Shown in pieces: positions 21,510-31,898 of a stretch of DNA of 50,581 nt. A program made the position numbers and the translations under genes. Below the pieces are notes generated by a model. That model worked only from the letters and a program-made list of their open reading frames with translations, did not search any database and was not told where the DNA came from. Position 1 is the stretch's first letter, and each line of letters opens with the position of its first letter. Source of the stretch: an uncultured bacterium (GTDB lineage Bacteria; Actinomycetota; Actinomycetes; JAVEEB01); assembly GCA_964236265.1 (NCBI GenBank), contig CAXSDE010000013.1, positions 7,737 through 58,317 of the forward strand, read 5' to 3'.

Positions 21510-23162
21510 GTGGATGTGCTGTTTGCCAGCGCCGGGTCGATGCGCCCGCTGTACGAGACAGTCGACTGGGCCGCGACGGATATCGGGCATCCGACGACGT
21601 GGAGCCCGACCCTGCGCTCGGCGGTCGACCTGATGCTGCACACCCGCTTTCCGTTGACGTTGATGTGGGGCCGGCACTTCGCGATGCTGTACAACGAGGC
21701 CTACGTGCGGCTGATCGTCGACAAGCACCCAGCCGCGTTGGGCGCTCGCGCATCGACGGTGTTCCCCGAGATCTGGGAATTCATCGGGCCGATGCTCGAT
21801 GACGTCTACCGAGGCGGCCCGGCGACATTCCAGGAAGACAACGGGATGCTGCTCAACCGTCGAGGGTTCCTCGAGGAGTGCTATTTCACCTTCTCCTTCT
21901 CCCCGACGCGAGGCAGCGACGACGCGGTCGAGGGAGTGTTTGCGATCGCGGCGGAGACGACGCGCACGACGATCGACAGACGGCGTTTGGCGCTGCTGGC
22001 AAACCTCAACGCCGGGCTGGCAGACCTGCTCGGCGCGGATGAGGTGCGCGCCCGTGCGTTGCCGCTGCTCCGCGCGGCCACGCAGGACCTGCCGGCCGTG
22101 GACATCGTGCAGGTGGGCCGCGCCGACACCGAGCCGGTCGAGGACGTTGCCATCGCACCGCGGCTGCCGGTGCGCGGCGTCCCCGTGGTGCAGAGCACGG
22201 CGACGGCCACCGTCGCGTCGTTCCGGCTCGACGATCCGAGTAACGGCGACACCACGGACAACGGGGTCCTGCGGGTGCAGCTCAGTCACCATCTGCCGAT
22301 GGACGAACCCTACCTGGCTTTTCTGGGTCTGCTTGCGTCGACGATCGGGCAAGCGGTGAGCCGCGCGCGCGGTCGCGAAAGCGAGCGGCGGGTGGCGGAG
22401 CTGGAACGCGCGATGTCGGAAACACTGCAGCGCAGCCTGCTGACGGCGCCGGCGCAGGCCGATCAGCTGCAGGTCGCCGTGCGCTACCAACCCGCGGTCG
22501 AGCAGGCTCAAGTCGGTGGCGACTGGTATGACTCGTTCCTGCACCCCGGCGGTGCGCTGACCGTCGTCGTCGGCGATGTGTCCGGTCACGACGAACACGC
22601 CGCGGCGGCGATGGCCCAAGTCCGCAACTTGCTCCGCGGGGTCGCCTACACCCTGTTCGAAACTCCGAGCCGACTGCTGACCCGTCTCGACGCAGCGATG
22701 GAGGGCCTCGCCGTGGGCGCGGGGGCGACCGCGGTGCTCGCTCAGGTGGAGCTCGAGGAAGTGGACGCGATGGTGGCGCAGCGCACGCTGCGGTGGTCCA
22801 ATGCCGGGCACCCGCCGCCGATCCTGATCACGCCCGGTGGCGCGGCCCGCCTCCTCGAAACGCCGCCGGAGGTGATGCTCGGTGTGTCGCCGCAAGCGGC
22901 GCGCGCGGACCACACGCTCATCCTCGAGCCGGGGGCCACGGTCGTGTTCTACACGGACGGGCTTGTCGAACGCCGCCACGCCTCGATCGAGGACGGCTTC
23001 GACTACCTGCGCGGTTTCCTCGACGGGCGGGCGGCCGTGGACGCCGAGGACCTGTGCGACCAGCTGCTCGCCGAGTTCGGCCCGGCGGCAGATGACGACA
23101 TCGTCCTGCTCGTCCTCCGCGCGCACCCGCGCCACCCGGCACCGAGACGCGCCGACCGATGA
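21510..23162 (+). CDS. PAS-domain / SpoIIE-type PP2C phosphatase
   Basis: N-terminal DWAATDIG..LYNEAY..KHPAALG PAS-type module; LQRSLL, VGGDWYD, VGDVSGH, NAGHPPP, FYTDGLVE and DDIVLL. Confidence 0.92.
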   Translation: MDVLFASAGSMRPLYETVDWAATDIGHPTTWSPTLRSAVDLMLHTRFPLTLMWGRHFAMLYNEAYVRLIVDKHPAALGARASTVFPEIWEFIGPMLDDVYRGGPATFQEDNGMLLNRRGFLEECYFTFSFSPTRGSDDAVEGVFAIAAETTRTTIDRRRLALLANLNAGLADLLGADEVRARALPLLRAATQDLPAVDIVQVGRADTEPVEDVAIAPRLPVRGVPVVQSTATATVASFRLDDPSNGDTTDNGVLRVQLSHHLPMDEPYLAFLGLLASTIGQAVSRARGRESERRVAELERAMSETLQRSLLTAPAQADQLQVAVRYQPAVEQAQVGGDWYDSFLHPGGALTVVVGDVSGHDEHAAAAMAQVRNLLRGVAYTLFETPSRLLTRLDAAMEGLAVGAGATAVLAQVELEEVDAMVAQRTLRWSNAGHPPPILITPGGAARLLETPPEVMLGVSPQAARADHTLILEPGATVVFYTDGLVERRHASIEDGFDYLRGFLDGRAAVDAEDLCDQLLAEFGPAADDDIVLLVLRAHPRHPAPRRADR

Positions 23163-23213
23163 CGCGGCGGCCACCACCGCCTGACCGTTGGCACGCGACA
23201 GATCAACCCGCGA

Positions 23214-23705
23214 CTAGAGGGTCAACTTCATCCCTTCATGGGATGCGGTGAAGCCGAGCCGCTCGTAGAAACGATGAGCGGCCGCGCGCGAGTTGTCCGT
23301 CGTGAGTTGCATGAGCACGCAGCCGCGCCGCCGCGACTCGTCGATCGCCCACGCCATGATGGCCTCGCCGATCCCCCGCCCGCGCAGGTCCGCCGTCACC
23401 CGCACCGCCTCGACCTGCGCGCGCCAGGCGCCGCGCCGCGCCAAGCCCGGCAGGAACGACAGCTGCAGCGTTCCCACCACCTTCGAAGACGTCTCCGCCA
23501 CGAGCAGGACGTGCGACGGATCGGCGTCGATCGCCCGGAACGCCGCTAGATAAGTTGCCAGATCCCCTTCGTTGCGTATCCCGTCGCGCTGTGCGCCCAG
23601 CTGATCCTCGGCGATCAGTCCGACGAGCGCCGCCACGTCCGCCGCCACCGCCGGCCGAAGGAGAAACGACAGGCCCGCTACCTCGAACGTCGCAAAACTT
23701 GACAC
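23214..23705 (-). CDS. GNAT family N-acetyltransferase
   Basis: VEAVRV..RGRGIG acetyl-CoA motif and AHRFYERLGF. Confidence 0.9.
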   Translation of the reverse strand: MSSFATFEVAGLSFLLRPAVAADVAALVGLIAEDQLGAQRDGIRNEGDLATYLAAFRAIDADPSHVLLVAETSSKVVGTLQLSFLPGLARRGAWRAQVEAVRVTADLRGRGIGEAIMAWAIDESRRRGCVLMQLTTDNSRAAAHRFYERLGFTASHEGMKLTL

Positions 23706-23739
23706 GCGGCCAGTGTGCCCCCCCAACCCGCGTGACCGA

Positions 23740-23799
23740 TCACACCTGGCCGGTCACACCCGGCCGGTCACACCTGGCCGGTCACAACTGGCCGGTCAC
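23740..23799. repeat. 14-bp tandem repeat x4
   Basis: TCACA(C/A)(C)(T/C)GGCCGG-type 14-mers at 23740, 23754, 23768 and 23782. Confidence 0.85.
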
Positions 23800-24054
23800 G
23801 CCTTACGATCCGCGACGCGCTCAGGAGCGATTGTCGAGATAGCTCATGGTCCGGATGAGCAGTCCGAGGCGCGGCGCGGGTCGGCGGAGGCGGATGCCGT
23901 CGGGTCGTTGTCCACGGACGTGAGTTCTGTCGTGAGCAGCTGGCCGGTATTCGTGGGGCCAGGGCTGCCGCGACCCGGCACCTGTGCGTCCGCAGACGTG
24001 CCTGACTCAGACGTGCGTGACTCAGACGCGCGGCGGCACCCAGATGTGCGGGAC

Positions 24055-24630
24055 TCAGACGTCGATGCGCGAGAAGTTGACATACGACTTCGACGGCGTG
24101 GGGCCGCGCTGGTTCTGGTAGCGGCTGCCGACCGCTGCCGAACCGTAGGGGTTGTCGGCCGGCGACGTCATCTTGATCACGCAGAGCTGCCCGATCTTCA
24201 TCCCCGGCCACAGCTTGATCGGCAGGGTCGCGACGTTCGACAGCTCGAGCGTCACGTGCCCGCTGAAGCCGGGATCGATGAAGCCCGCCGTCGAGTGGGT
24301 GAGCAAACCGAGGCGGCCGAGCGAGGATTTACCCTCGAGGCGCCCGGCGAGGTCGTGCGCCAAAGTGAGCACCTCGTACGTCGAGCCGAGCACGAACTCC
24401 CCAGGGTGCAGAATGAACGGCTCCCCGGCCGGGGTCTCGATGAGCTTGGTCAGCTCTTCCTGGTGCTCGGCAGGATCGATGTGCGGATACCGGTGGTTTT
24501 CGAACACGCGGAAGAAGCGGTCGAGCCGCAGGTCGATGCTCGACGGCTGCACCATCGTTTCGTCGTACGGGTCGACGCCGATGCGGCCGCCGGCGATGTC
24601 GGCCTTGAGGTCACGGTCAGACAGGAGCAC
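24055..24630 (-). CDS. dcd: dCTP deaminase
   Basis: [37 protein letters not shown] and YQNQRGPT. Confidence 0.96.
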   Translation of the reverse strand: MLLSDRDLKADIAGGRIGVDPYDETMVQPSSIDLRLDRFFRVFENHRYPHIDPAEHQEELTKLIETPAGEPFILHPGEFVLGSTYEVLTLAHDLAGRLEGKSSLGRLGLLTHSTAGFIDPGFSGHVTLELSNVATLPIKLWPGMKIGQLCVIKMTSPADNPYGSAAVGSRYQNQRGPTPSKSYVNFSRIDV

Positions 24631-24709
24631 GGGCGCAGGCTATCGCGACTGGTCTAGGATCGACCCGATCGCCATCCCGGACGACAGATTTCACGCCTGG
24701 GAGACGCTC

Positions 24710-24783
24710 GCGGGTGTGGTTCAATGGCAGAACATCAGCTTCCCAAGCTGATAGTGCGGGTTCGATTCCCGTCACCCGCTCCA
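24710..24783 (+). tRNA. tRNA-Gly (CCC)
   Basis: Acceptor GCGGGTG/CACCCGC, anticodon arm TCAGC-TTCCCAA-GCTGA, T-loop GTTCGATTC and encoded CCA. Confidence 0.97.
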
Positions 24784-25017
24784 CCGCATGGCCCCGCCCC
24801 GGCCCCGCCTCGGCGACCGTGGCGCGCGCAAGGCGCAGAGCGACCAAACATCTGTTCCGGCGTATGTATCAGACCGGGGACATGGCGCTCTGACCAGGGA
24901 CGGGCACGGCCGTGTGGGCTGTCAGATCGCCACGCGGATGCGCCTGTGCCCGACTCCAAGTGAATTTTCCGATACCTGACCGCTCAGGTCGCCTCGCTGC
25001 GCGCCCAGATCGACGGG

Positions 25018-25527
25018 GTGAGCGCCCAACGTGCCGCGATCGTGAGCACGTTGAGCACCACGACGGCCAGTGCCAAGCCGCTCACGGCAGCGCAGACCGA
25101 GCTGTCGCAACTCGTGCTGTCTAGCAGCGTCGCCGCGCAGAACTTCTCGACGCTGAGCGGGCAATACCAGCAGGCGCTGCTGGGCTCCGGTCAGAACACG
25201 GTCGAGACGATGCACATCGACAAGGCCGCGCCACCGGTGCTGCCGACGAGCCCGATCCGCTACCTCTACCTCCTCGTCGGCTTGGTTCTCGGCGCCCTGC
25301 TGTCCTTCCTGATCGTGCACGCGCGGGTGCTGCGCCGCGCCCGCGCGGCGGGCGTCATCGATGAGGCGGCCGAGGCGGCCGACACCGACGCGCCGCACGT
25401 CGGCCTCGTCAACCTCGTGGAGGCCGAAACGCCAGGCGCCTCCATTCCCGTGCAGGTGCCGTCGGTCAACGGGCACGCCGCCGTGAGCGGCAGGGAAACG
25501 CCGCCCACCGATTCCGCGGGCGGCTGA
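25018..25527 (+). CDS. Short Wzz/CpsC-like polysaccharide co-polymerase fragment
   Basis: Helical Gln/Ser-rich segment, then IDKAAPPVLPTSP plus a TM helix (LYLLVGLVLGALLSFLIV), typical of the co-polymerase C-terminal half; no N-terminal TM. Confidence 0.55.
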   Translation: MSAQRAAIVSTLSTTTASAKPLTAAQTELSQLVLSSSVAAQNFSTLSGQYQQALLGSGQNTVETMHIDKAAPPVLPTSPIRYLYLLVGLVLGALLSFLIVHARVLRRARAAGVIDEAAEAADTDAPHVGLVNLVEAETPGASIPVQVPSVNGHAAVSGRETPPTDSAGG

Positions 25528-25528
25528 C

Positions 25529-27064
25529 GTGGTGGCCGCAACCTCGCACCCCGCAACCTCGCACCCCGCAACCTCGCACCCCGCAATCACGCACCCCGCT
25601 GCCGCTGCCTCGCCCGCTCTCGCGGAGACGAGCCTCGCCCGGCGCCTGGCCGTCAGCACCGCAAGCCAGCTGATGTCGCGAGCCGTGCACCTGGTGATCA
25701 ACGTCGTGTCGAGTCTGCTCATCGTGCGCTACCTGGGACCCGCCGGATACGGCGACTACGCCAAGGTGCTTGTCGTCGTCGGGTGGACGAGCCTCATCGG
25801 CGACGCCGGCCTGCCGAAGGTCGCACTGCGCGTCGCCGCCGATGCGCAGGTGCGGATCGGGAAGGTCGTCGGCACCGTGACGATCCTGCGGCTGGCGACC
25901 TCGCTGCTCGCCGCCGTCGTGACGCAGCTCGTGCTGACGGTGGTGCACCCCACCGCGGCGGTGCGCATTGCGGCGGCCGTCGCCTGCCTGGCGTTCGTCG
26001 TCGAGGCGCTGATGAGCTGCATCATCGCGTTCCAGGTGCGGCTGCAGCAGCACTACGAGGGTTTCGTCCGCGTCGCGATGGAGCTCGTGGAGCTCAGCTT
26101 GCTGCTCGCGGTCATGGCGGCGCACCGGGGACTGGTCGCCCTGTTCGCCGCGCCGGTCATCGGCGGGTTCTTCGGCGTCGCCCTCGCCGTGACGCTGACA
26201 CGGCGGCACTTCGCGGAACGCGCGACGTACGACAAAGACCTGGCGCGACGACTCGTCCGACTGACGCTGCCGGTCGTGCCCGGTGTGCTGCTCGGGGTGC
26301 TCATCCTCAAGCTTGACGGGCTGATGGTCGCGGCGCTGGGCACCCGCACGGACGCCGGTGTCTACGTCGCGGCGTTCCAACCGATCGAATACGTTTTCCT
26401 CGGCCTCGGAATGGTCGTCGCCTACCCGTTCCTGCCCGTCCTGGTGGCCAGCCGCCGCGACAACCAGCCACTGTTCGTCTCCTCCTACCGCCACGCGACC
26501 GAGCTCGTCCTCGCCATCACGCTTCCTGTGGCCGCGATCGTGGCGGTCGTCGGCGGGCCCCTCGTCCACGCGATGTACGGCGACGGCTGGGCGAGGGCCG
26601 TGCTGCCTCTGCAGATCCTCGCCGTCGCGCTCGCCTTCATGTCCGTCTCCGGCTGGCACGGCTTCGTGCTGCTCGCGGGCGACAAGCAGATCGACAGCCT
26701 CCGGTACGGCGCGCTCGCGCTCGTTGTCAGCTTCGGCGTCTGCGTCGCCCTGATCGGCCGGCTGGGCCCGGTCGGCGGCGCGTGGGCGGCGCTCATCGCC
26801 AACGTGGTCGGCATGGTCTACTCGGCGTTGCTCGTCCACAACCGCGTGCAGGCGGCCTTCCCCGCGCGACGAGCGGCGCAGCTCGTCGCGGCCAACGCCG
26901 CCCTCGCCGGCGTCCTGTTTGCCCTGCGCTCCGCGGGCGTTGCGTGGCCTGGGCTGATCGTGGCAGCTCTTCCCGTCTACGCCGGCACGCTGTGGGCCTT
27001 CCGCATCGTCCGCGGGGCCGACATCCGCGCTCTCTCGCGCGCCGGTGACGGGAGCACCGCGTGA
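25529..27064 (+). CDS. Wzx-type oligosaccharide flippase
   Basis: About 12-14 hydrophobic segments; IVRYLGPAGYGDY, LKLDGLMV..AGVYVAAF and MYGDGW..LQIL motifs. N-terminal ATSHP x4 (15-bp repeat, 25536-25599). Confidence 0.88.
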   Translation: MVAATSHPATSHPATSHPAITHPAAAASPALAETSLARRLAVSTASQLMSRAVHLVINVVSSLLIVRYLGPAGYGDYAKVLVVVGWTSLIGDAGLPKVALRVAADAQVRIGKVVGTVTILRLATSLLAAVVTQLVLTVVHPTAAVRIAAAVACLAFVVEALMSCIIAFQVRLQQHYEGFVRVAMELVELSLLLAVMAAHRGLVALFAAPVIGGFFGVALAVTLTRRHFAERATYDKDLARRLVRLTLPVVPGVLLGVLILKLDGLMVAALGTRTDAGVYVAAFQPIEYVFLGLGMVVAYPFLPVLVASRRDNQPLFVSSYRHATELVLAITLPVAAIVAVVGGPLVHAMYGDGWARAVLPLQILAVALAFMSVSGWHGFVLLAGDKQIDSLRYGALALVVSFGVCVALIGRLGPVGGAWAALIANVVGMVYSALLVHNRVQAAFPARRAAQLVAANAALAGVLFALRSAGVAWPGLIVAALPVYAGTLWAFRIVRGADIRALSRAGDGSTA

Positions 27065-28095
27065 ACGAGGACTGGCCGACGTTCTCCGTCGTCATCCCGA
27101 CGTACAACCGCAGTGACGTCGTCGAACGCACGTTGCGCTGCCTCGACGCGCAGGACTACCCGCCCGGCAGGCTCGAGGTCATCGTCGTCGACAACTCCAC
27201 CGATGGCACGCCCGACATGGTGCGCCGCGTCGCCGCGGAGTCGGCCATCGGCATCCGCCTGCTCGAGCCGCCCGACCGCATGCCGGCCACCAAGCGCAAC
27301 ATCGGTCTCGCCGAGGCGACGGGCGAATTCGTCCTGTTCATGAACGACGACCTGTGGCTCGTGCCCCAAGCGATAAGGGAGCATGCACTCGCGCATCGCG
27401 CCCGCGGCGGTGAGCCCGTCGCCGTCCTCGGTCGCACGATCCAGTCACCGGAGATGCAGCAGACGCCCTTCATCGAGGTGTACGAACCGTTCGCGTACTT
27501 CGAGCTCGGTCCCGCGCCCCGTCGCGACCTGCGCTGGTGGTACTGCTGGAGCATGAACCTCTCGCTCCCGCGTGAGGTGATGCTGCGGCGAAACCTCGTC
27601 TTCCACACCGACTGGCGGGAGATCGGCAGCGAGGACGTCGAGCTCGGCTGGCGCTGGACGCAGGCGGGGTATCCCCTCGACTACGCACCCGCCGCGTGGG
27701 GTCAGCACTTCCACCCGCACACCCTCGATTCCGCGTCGCGGCTGCAGGCGAGCATCGGCCGCGGCGTTCGTGACCTCGAGTCGCTGGTCCACGACCCCGA
27801 GCTCCACGAGCGCTGGGGCATCTTCTCCTGGCGCAACTCCCCCCGGACGGTCCTGCGTTCCGTTGTGCGCACCGCGTTGTTCAACCGGGCCACGGTGGGG
27901 CCGGTCGCACGCTGGCTGGAGAGCCGCACGCGCAACACCGCGGCGAGCCGCTGGCTCTACTGGAAAGTCCTGCTGCACCACACGAACAAGGCCTACCGCG
28001 CGACCCCCACGCGTCAGGTGCCCCCGACGCCGACGCTGCCCGACGGCGTCCTCGTGCCCGACGGCGTCCTCGTGTCCGGGGCGGAGCCGGCATGA
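27061..28095 (+). CDS. Glycosyltransferase family 2
   Basis: FSVVIPTYNR, VIVVDNSTDGT, RNIGL, LFMNDD and SEDVELGWR. Confidence 0.92.
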   Translation: MNEDWPTFSVVIPTYNRSDVVERTLRCLDAQDYPPGRLEVIVVDNSTDGTPDMVRRVAAESAIGIRLLEPPDRMPATKRNIGLAEATGEFVLFMNDDLWLVPQAIREHALAHRARGGEPVAVLGRTIQSPEMQQTPFIEVYEPFAYFELGPAPRRDLRWWYCWSMNLSLPREVMLRRNLVFHTDWREIGSEDVELGWRWTQAGYPLDYAPAAWGQHFHPHTLDSASRLQASIGRGVRDLESLVHDPELHERWGIFSWRNSPRTVLRSVVRTALFNRATVGPVARWLESRTRNTAASRWLYWKVLLHHTNKAYRATPTRQVPPTPTLPDGVLVPDGVLVSGAEPA

Positions 28096-31000
28096 GCACC
28101 GCCGCGCTCCCGTCGACACGCCGCCAGCGCGTGACCGAGATCGGTGTGCCGGTCGTGGCCGCGACGATCCTTGCCGTTGGACTCGCGGGCGGTCACAAGA
28201 AGTCGCTCATTGCCGTGATCGGTGGCATCGCCATCATCGGCATGCTCATCCTGTCCGCGCGCCGCGAACGGGTGATGGTGGCCTTCCTCACCGTGTCGAT
28301 GGCGTTCATCCTGCACAAGTCGTTCGGCGCGATCGCGCTCGAGAACGGTGGCGCGCCCTCCATCTATATCAGCACTGTCGGTGTGTGCGTCCTCCTCCTC
28401 TACGGCTGCTGGTTCCTGTCCGGGGACATGGGCGCGGACCTGCGGCGCGGCATACGCCACTGGGTGTTGGCTGCCCCTGTTGTCGGCATGGCGTTGATGC
28501 TGCCGAGCTTGCTCATCTCGCCCGCGGTGCGCCTCGGTGTCGCCGAGGAGTTGCAGCTCGGCATCCTCTACCTGCTCTTCGTGTACGTCGCACTGCGCGT
28601 CAACCGGCGGGATGTCGCGATGATCCTCGTGCTGCTCGCGGGCGTGACCCTGCTCGAGGGCGTGGCGGCGCTCGGGCAATGGGTGACGCACGGTCCGCTC
28701 GGCCTTTCGTTCCTCGGTCTGCCGAGCGAGCTGGGTCAGCGCGTCACCGCCGACGGCATCCTCGGCCGGCCGTTCGGCACGATCACGCACCCCGTGTTCC
28801 TCGGCGCGTTCGTCGGCCAGCTAGGGCTGCTGTTCCTCTCGCTCGCTGTCGTCGCGCAGCGTCGCTGGGAGCGCGTCGCCGCTATGGCCCTGGCGACGTG
28901 TGCCGGTGCGACGATCGCGGTGGCGCAGGCCCGCTCGGCGGCGCTCGGGTTCGCGGTCGCGACGCTCGTCATCGTCGTCGTCTCCCTCGCCGTCCGGCGC
29001 ATGCAGTGGCGCACCGTGCGTCGGGGCATCGTCGCCGTGCTCGTGCTGGCAGTTCTTACCTCGCCGCTGCTGATCCGGCTGTATCACGTGTCGCTGTTCA
29101 CCGATCATTTCTCGCTCGAGGTGCAGGCGCGTGGTCAGCTGCTTGACCTCGGCTGGCACATCTTCGCGTCGCGACCGTTCCTCGGCACGGGTCTCAACTC
29201 GTTCCAGCAGGTCATGGATTCGTTCGCGACGACGTCGCTGATCTTCGATGGCAATCCTGTGCACAACATCTACGTGCTGCAGGCCGCCGAGACGGGCGTC
29301 GTCGGCGTGCTCGCGATCCCCGTCGTGGCGTTGTCGTTGTTGTGGGTCGCGGTGCGCGCGGCCCGCTCGCCCGACCGGCTCGGGTCCGGTCTCGGCATCG
29401 CTCTCATCGCGGTGATGACGTTCCTCGGCGTCGAGGAGCTGTTCGTGTTCTCGCTCCGCGAGGACCATCCCCGCTCCCTGTTCTGGTTGCTCGCCGGGCT
29501 CACCGTCGCCGCCGCACGCTTCGCCGGCCTCGTGCCGGGCAGCGACGGCGGCGAGCCCGCCGACCCCGACGCGGGTCCGCGTCTCGTGCGCCGCGCCTGG
29601 GCATGGCTCACGCCGCCGCTGGTCGGGGCCCCGGCGCGTCCGGCCCGGACGCGGCCTGCCGCCGTCGTCCTCGCGACCGTAGCTGCGCAGGCCGGTCCCA
29701 CGACGGCGAACCGGCGTGGTGCCCGGAAGCCTCGGGCCGCCGCCGCGCCGGCCTTCGTGCGCGGAATCGGGTCACAGCGACGGCGCTCGCCCTGGACAAC
29801 GCCCGGCGCCGCGTTCCTGGCCATCACCGGCCTCGTCGCCAGCATCCTCGCGGGCACAGTCACCCTCGCCCCGCCGGCAGCCGCCGCCCACCTGCAGGTC
29901 GTGCTGTCGCTCACCGACCGCGGCACCGGCGGCCAGGGTCTGTACGTCGCCAACGGCGACGGGTCCGGTCTGCACCCGATCACGGCGACGGGCGCCGGCA
30001 CGACGTACGGCTTCGCCGACTGGACACCCGGTGGGCGGCGGCTCACCTACTCCAGCGACACCCCGACGGCGCGCGGACAACTTTTCCTCGCCGCGGGCGA
30101 CGGCTCGCACAGCGTGCAGTTGACCAGCACGCCCTGGCAGAACGGGCAGCCGCACATGTCGCCCGACGGCCGCAGCCTGTTGTTCACCGCGGCGCCGCCC
30201 GACCTTCCCCTCTATGGCCTGTTCCGCATGGACATCGCGTCGGGCCTCGTCACCAACCTGTCGGCCCGTAACTCGACGAGCGCCGCGGTCGACACCGACC
30301 CCAACTGGTCACCGAACGGGCGCAACGTCGTGTTCGTCGAAGGCGCCCGCCCTCGCGACACCGGGGTATCCGCGCAGCCGTCGCAGGTCTACACGATGGC
30401 GGCCGACGGCACGGGCCGTGTCGCGGTCACTCACGACGACCACTACAACGTCGACCCCGTCTACTCACCCGACGGACGCACGATCGCGTTCTCCAGCTAC
30501 CACGGCACGCACCCGGCCAACTCATCGGGCACGCCCGGCCCGCTGACGCCGACGGTCAAACTCGACGACTTCTTCCTGGTGACGCACGACCTTGCGACCG
30601 GCGCGGAGCGGGTGTTCAACAAGGGCGACAACTGCGCTCTCCGGGACCCGGCCGACCCGTGCGCGCCGCTGGACGGCCCGGCGTATCTGCCGAAATACCT
30701 TCCTGGCGGAAAAAGCCTGGCCTACCTGGGCATCCTGGACCGGACGACGGTGTGCGTCTGCGCCGTCGACACGGACGGCGGCAACCCCCGAGTGCTGCTC
30801 GCGTTCGCCCAGCAGACTGTCAACTGGTTCGACTTCACGATCCCAGGTGACGAGCCCGCGACCGCCGCGACGCCGCACTCAGCAGACCCGACCGACCGGC
30901 TTCTCATCCTCACGCACGACGCCGCCGGCCATGCGTCCCTCACGATCTCCACCTCCGACTACTGGACGCGCGTCCCGGTGCAGCTGCCCAAGGGCCTGCA

Positions 31001-31898
31001 CGTCCTGAAGGCCCGCTGGGGATCCGACGCCCACCACGTGCTGCTCACCGCGAGGACCGCCACGGTCGATCCGGCGACCCTGGTCCCGACACCCGCGGCA
31101 CCGCGTGGCCGCGCGCGTCAACGGCACTTCACGCTCGACATGTTACCCGCGGGCACCTCGCTGGCGTTGCGCGCGCCGGCCCCGGCCGACCGCGCGCGCA
31201 TCGACCGGCAGCAGGTGTTCGACCTGGACATCATGACCGGTACCGTCGCCGCCGTCACCACTGCGGGGACCGAGGACTGGCTCGACGCGATCCCCGACGG
31301 CGCCTGGCGCGGCAACGGCGAGGCCATGCCGATCCCGCACAGCCACGCGGTGGTCTTCACCAACTATGCGAGCGACACCGCCGAGTCGTTCCTCCTGCGC
31401 AAGGACCTCGTCACTGGCGCCGTGCGCAGCCTGACCAACGCGACCTCGGGTGCGCTGCCCGTCTCGGACAGCCAACCGGCGGTCTCGCCCGACGGAAAGA
31501 CGGTCGCGTTCGTGACCGGTCACGACGGCGGCACCGATCTGGCGGTCATGTCGGCGAAGACGGGCAACGGCTACCGGCTGCTCACCGACGACGCCGAGGT
31601 GAAGGCCGCCCCGGCGTGGGGCCCTGACGGGTCGTGGCTGGTCTACGCCTCGCTGCGGGCAGGCCAGTGGTCCCTCGTCCGACTCGATGTCGCATCCGGC
31701 CGCCACACGGTGCTGGTGCAGACGTACGGGCAGGCGCAGTCGCCGGTGGTCTCGCCGGACGGCAAACGGATCGCCTACATCTCCTTCAACCACAACCCGG
31801 CGCAGCCCGACGTGCAGATCGTCGACTCCGACGGCGGCAATGCGCACCCCTTGCAGATCACGCTCCCGACGACGGAGGTCTCCCTTGACTGGCGCTGA
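28092..31898 (+). CDS. O-antigen ligase/Wzy-family membrane domain fused to TolB-like (PD40) beta-propeller region
   Basis: aa 1-480 is polytopic with RPFGTITHP, ARSA, RPFLGTGLNSF and VHNIYVLQAAETGVVG. aa 600-1268 carries about nine P-x-W/Y-SPDG-type repeats. Confidence 0.85.
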   Translation: MSTAALPSTRRQRVTEIGVPVVAATILAVGLAGGHKKSLIAVIGGIAIIGMLILSARRERVMVAFLTVSMAFILHKSFGAIALENGGAPSIYISTVGVCVLLLYGCWFLSGDMGADLRRGIRHWVLAAPVVGMALMLPSLLISPAVRLGVAEELQLGILYLLFVYVALRVNRRDVAMILVLLAGVTLLEGVAALGQWVTHGPLGLSFLGLPSELGQRVTADGILGRPFGTITHPVFLGAFVGQLGLLFLSLAVVAQRRWERVAAMALATCAGATIAVAQARSAALGFAVATLVIVVVSLAVRRMQWRTVRRGIVAVLVLAVLTSPLLIRLYHVSLFTDHFSLEVQARGQLLDLGWHIFASRPFLGTGLNSFQQVMDSFATTSLIFDGNPVHNIYVLQAAETGVVGVLAIPVVALSLLWVAVRAARSPDRLGSGLGIALIAVMTFLGVEELFVFSLREDHPRSLFWLLAGLTVAAARFAGLVPGSDGGEPADPDAGPRLVRRAWAWLTPPLVGAPARPARTRPAAVVLATVAAQAGPTTANRRGARKPRAAAAPAFVRGIGSQRRRSPWTTPGAAFLAITGLVASILAGTVTLAPPAAAAHLQVVLSLTDRGTGGQGLYVANGDGSGLHPITATGAGTTYGFADWTPGGRRLTYSSDTPTARGQLFLAAGDGSHSVQLTSTPWQNGQPHMSPDGRSLLFTAAPPDLPLYGLFRMDIASGLVTNLSARNSTSAAVDTDPNWSPNGRNVVFVEGARPRDTGVSAQPSQVYTMAADGTGRVAVTHDDHYNVDPVYSPDGRTIAFSSYHGTHPANSSGTPGPLTPTVKLDDFFLVTHDLATGAERVFNKGDNCALRDPADPCAPLDGPAYLPKYLPGGKSLAYLGILDRTTVCVCAVDTDGGNPRVLLAFAQQTVNWFDFTIPGDEPATAATPHSADPTDRLLILTHDAAGHASLTISTSDYWTRVPVQLPKGLHVLKARWGSDAHHVLLTARTATVDPATLVPTPAAPRGRARQRHFTLDMLPAGTSLALRAPAPADRARIDRQQVFDLDIMTGTVAAVTTAGTEDWLDAIPDGAWRGNGEAMPIPHSHAVVFTNYASDTAESFLLRKDLVTGAVRSLTNATSGALPVSDSQPAVSPDGKTVAFVTGHDGGTDLAVMSAKTGNGYRLLTDDAEVKAAPAWGPDGSWLVYASLRAGQWSLVRLDVASGRHTVLVQTYGQAQSPVVSPDGKRIAYISFNHNPAQPDVQIVDSDGGNAHPLQITLPTTEVSLDWR

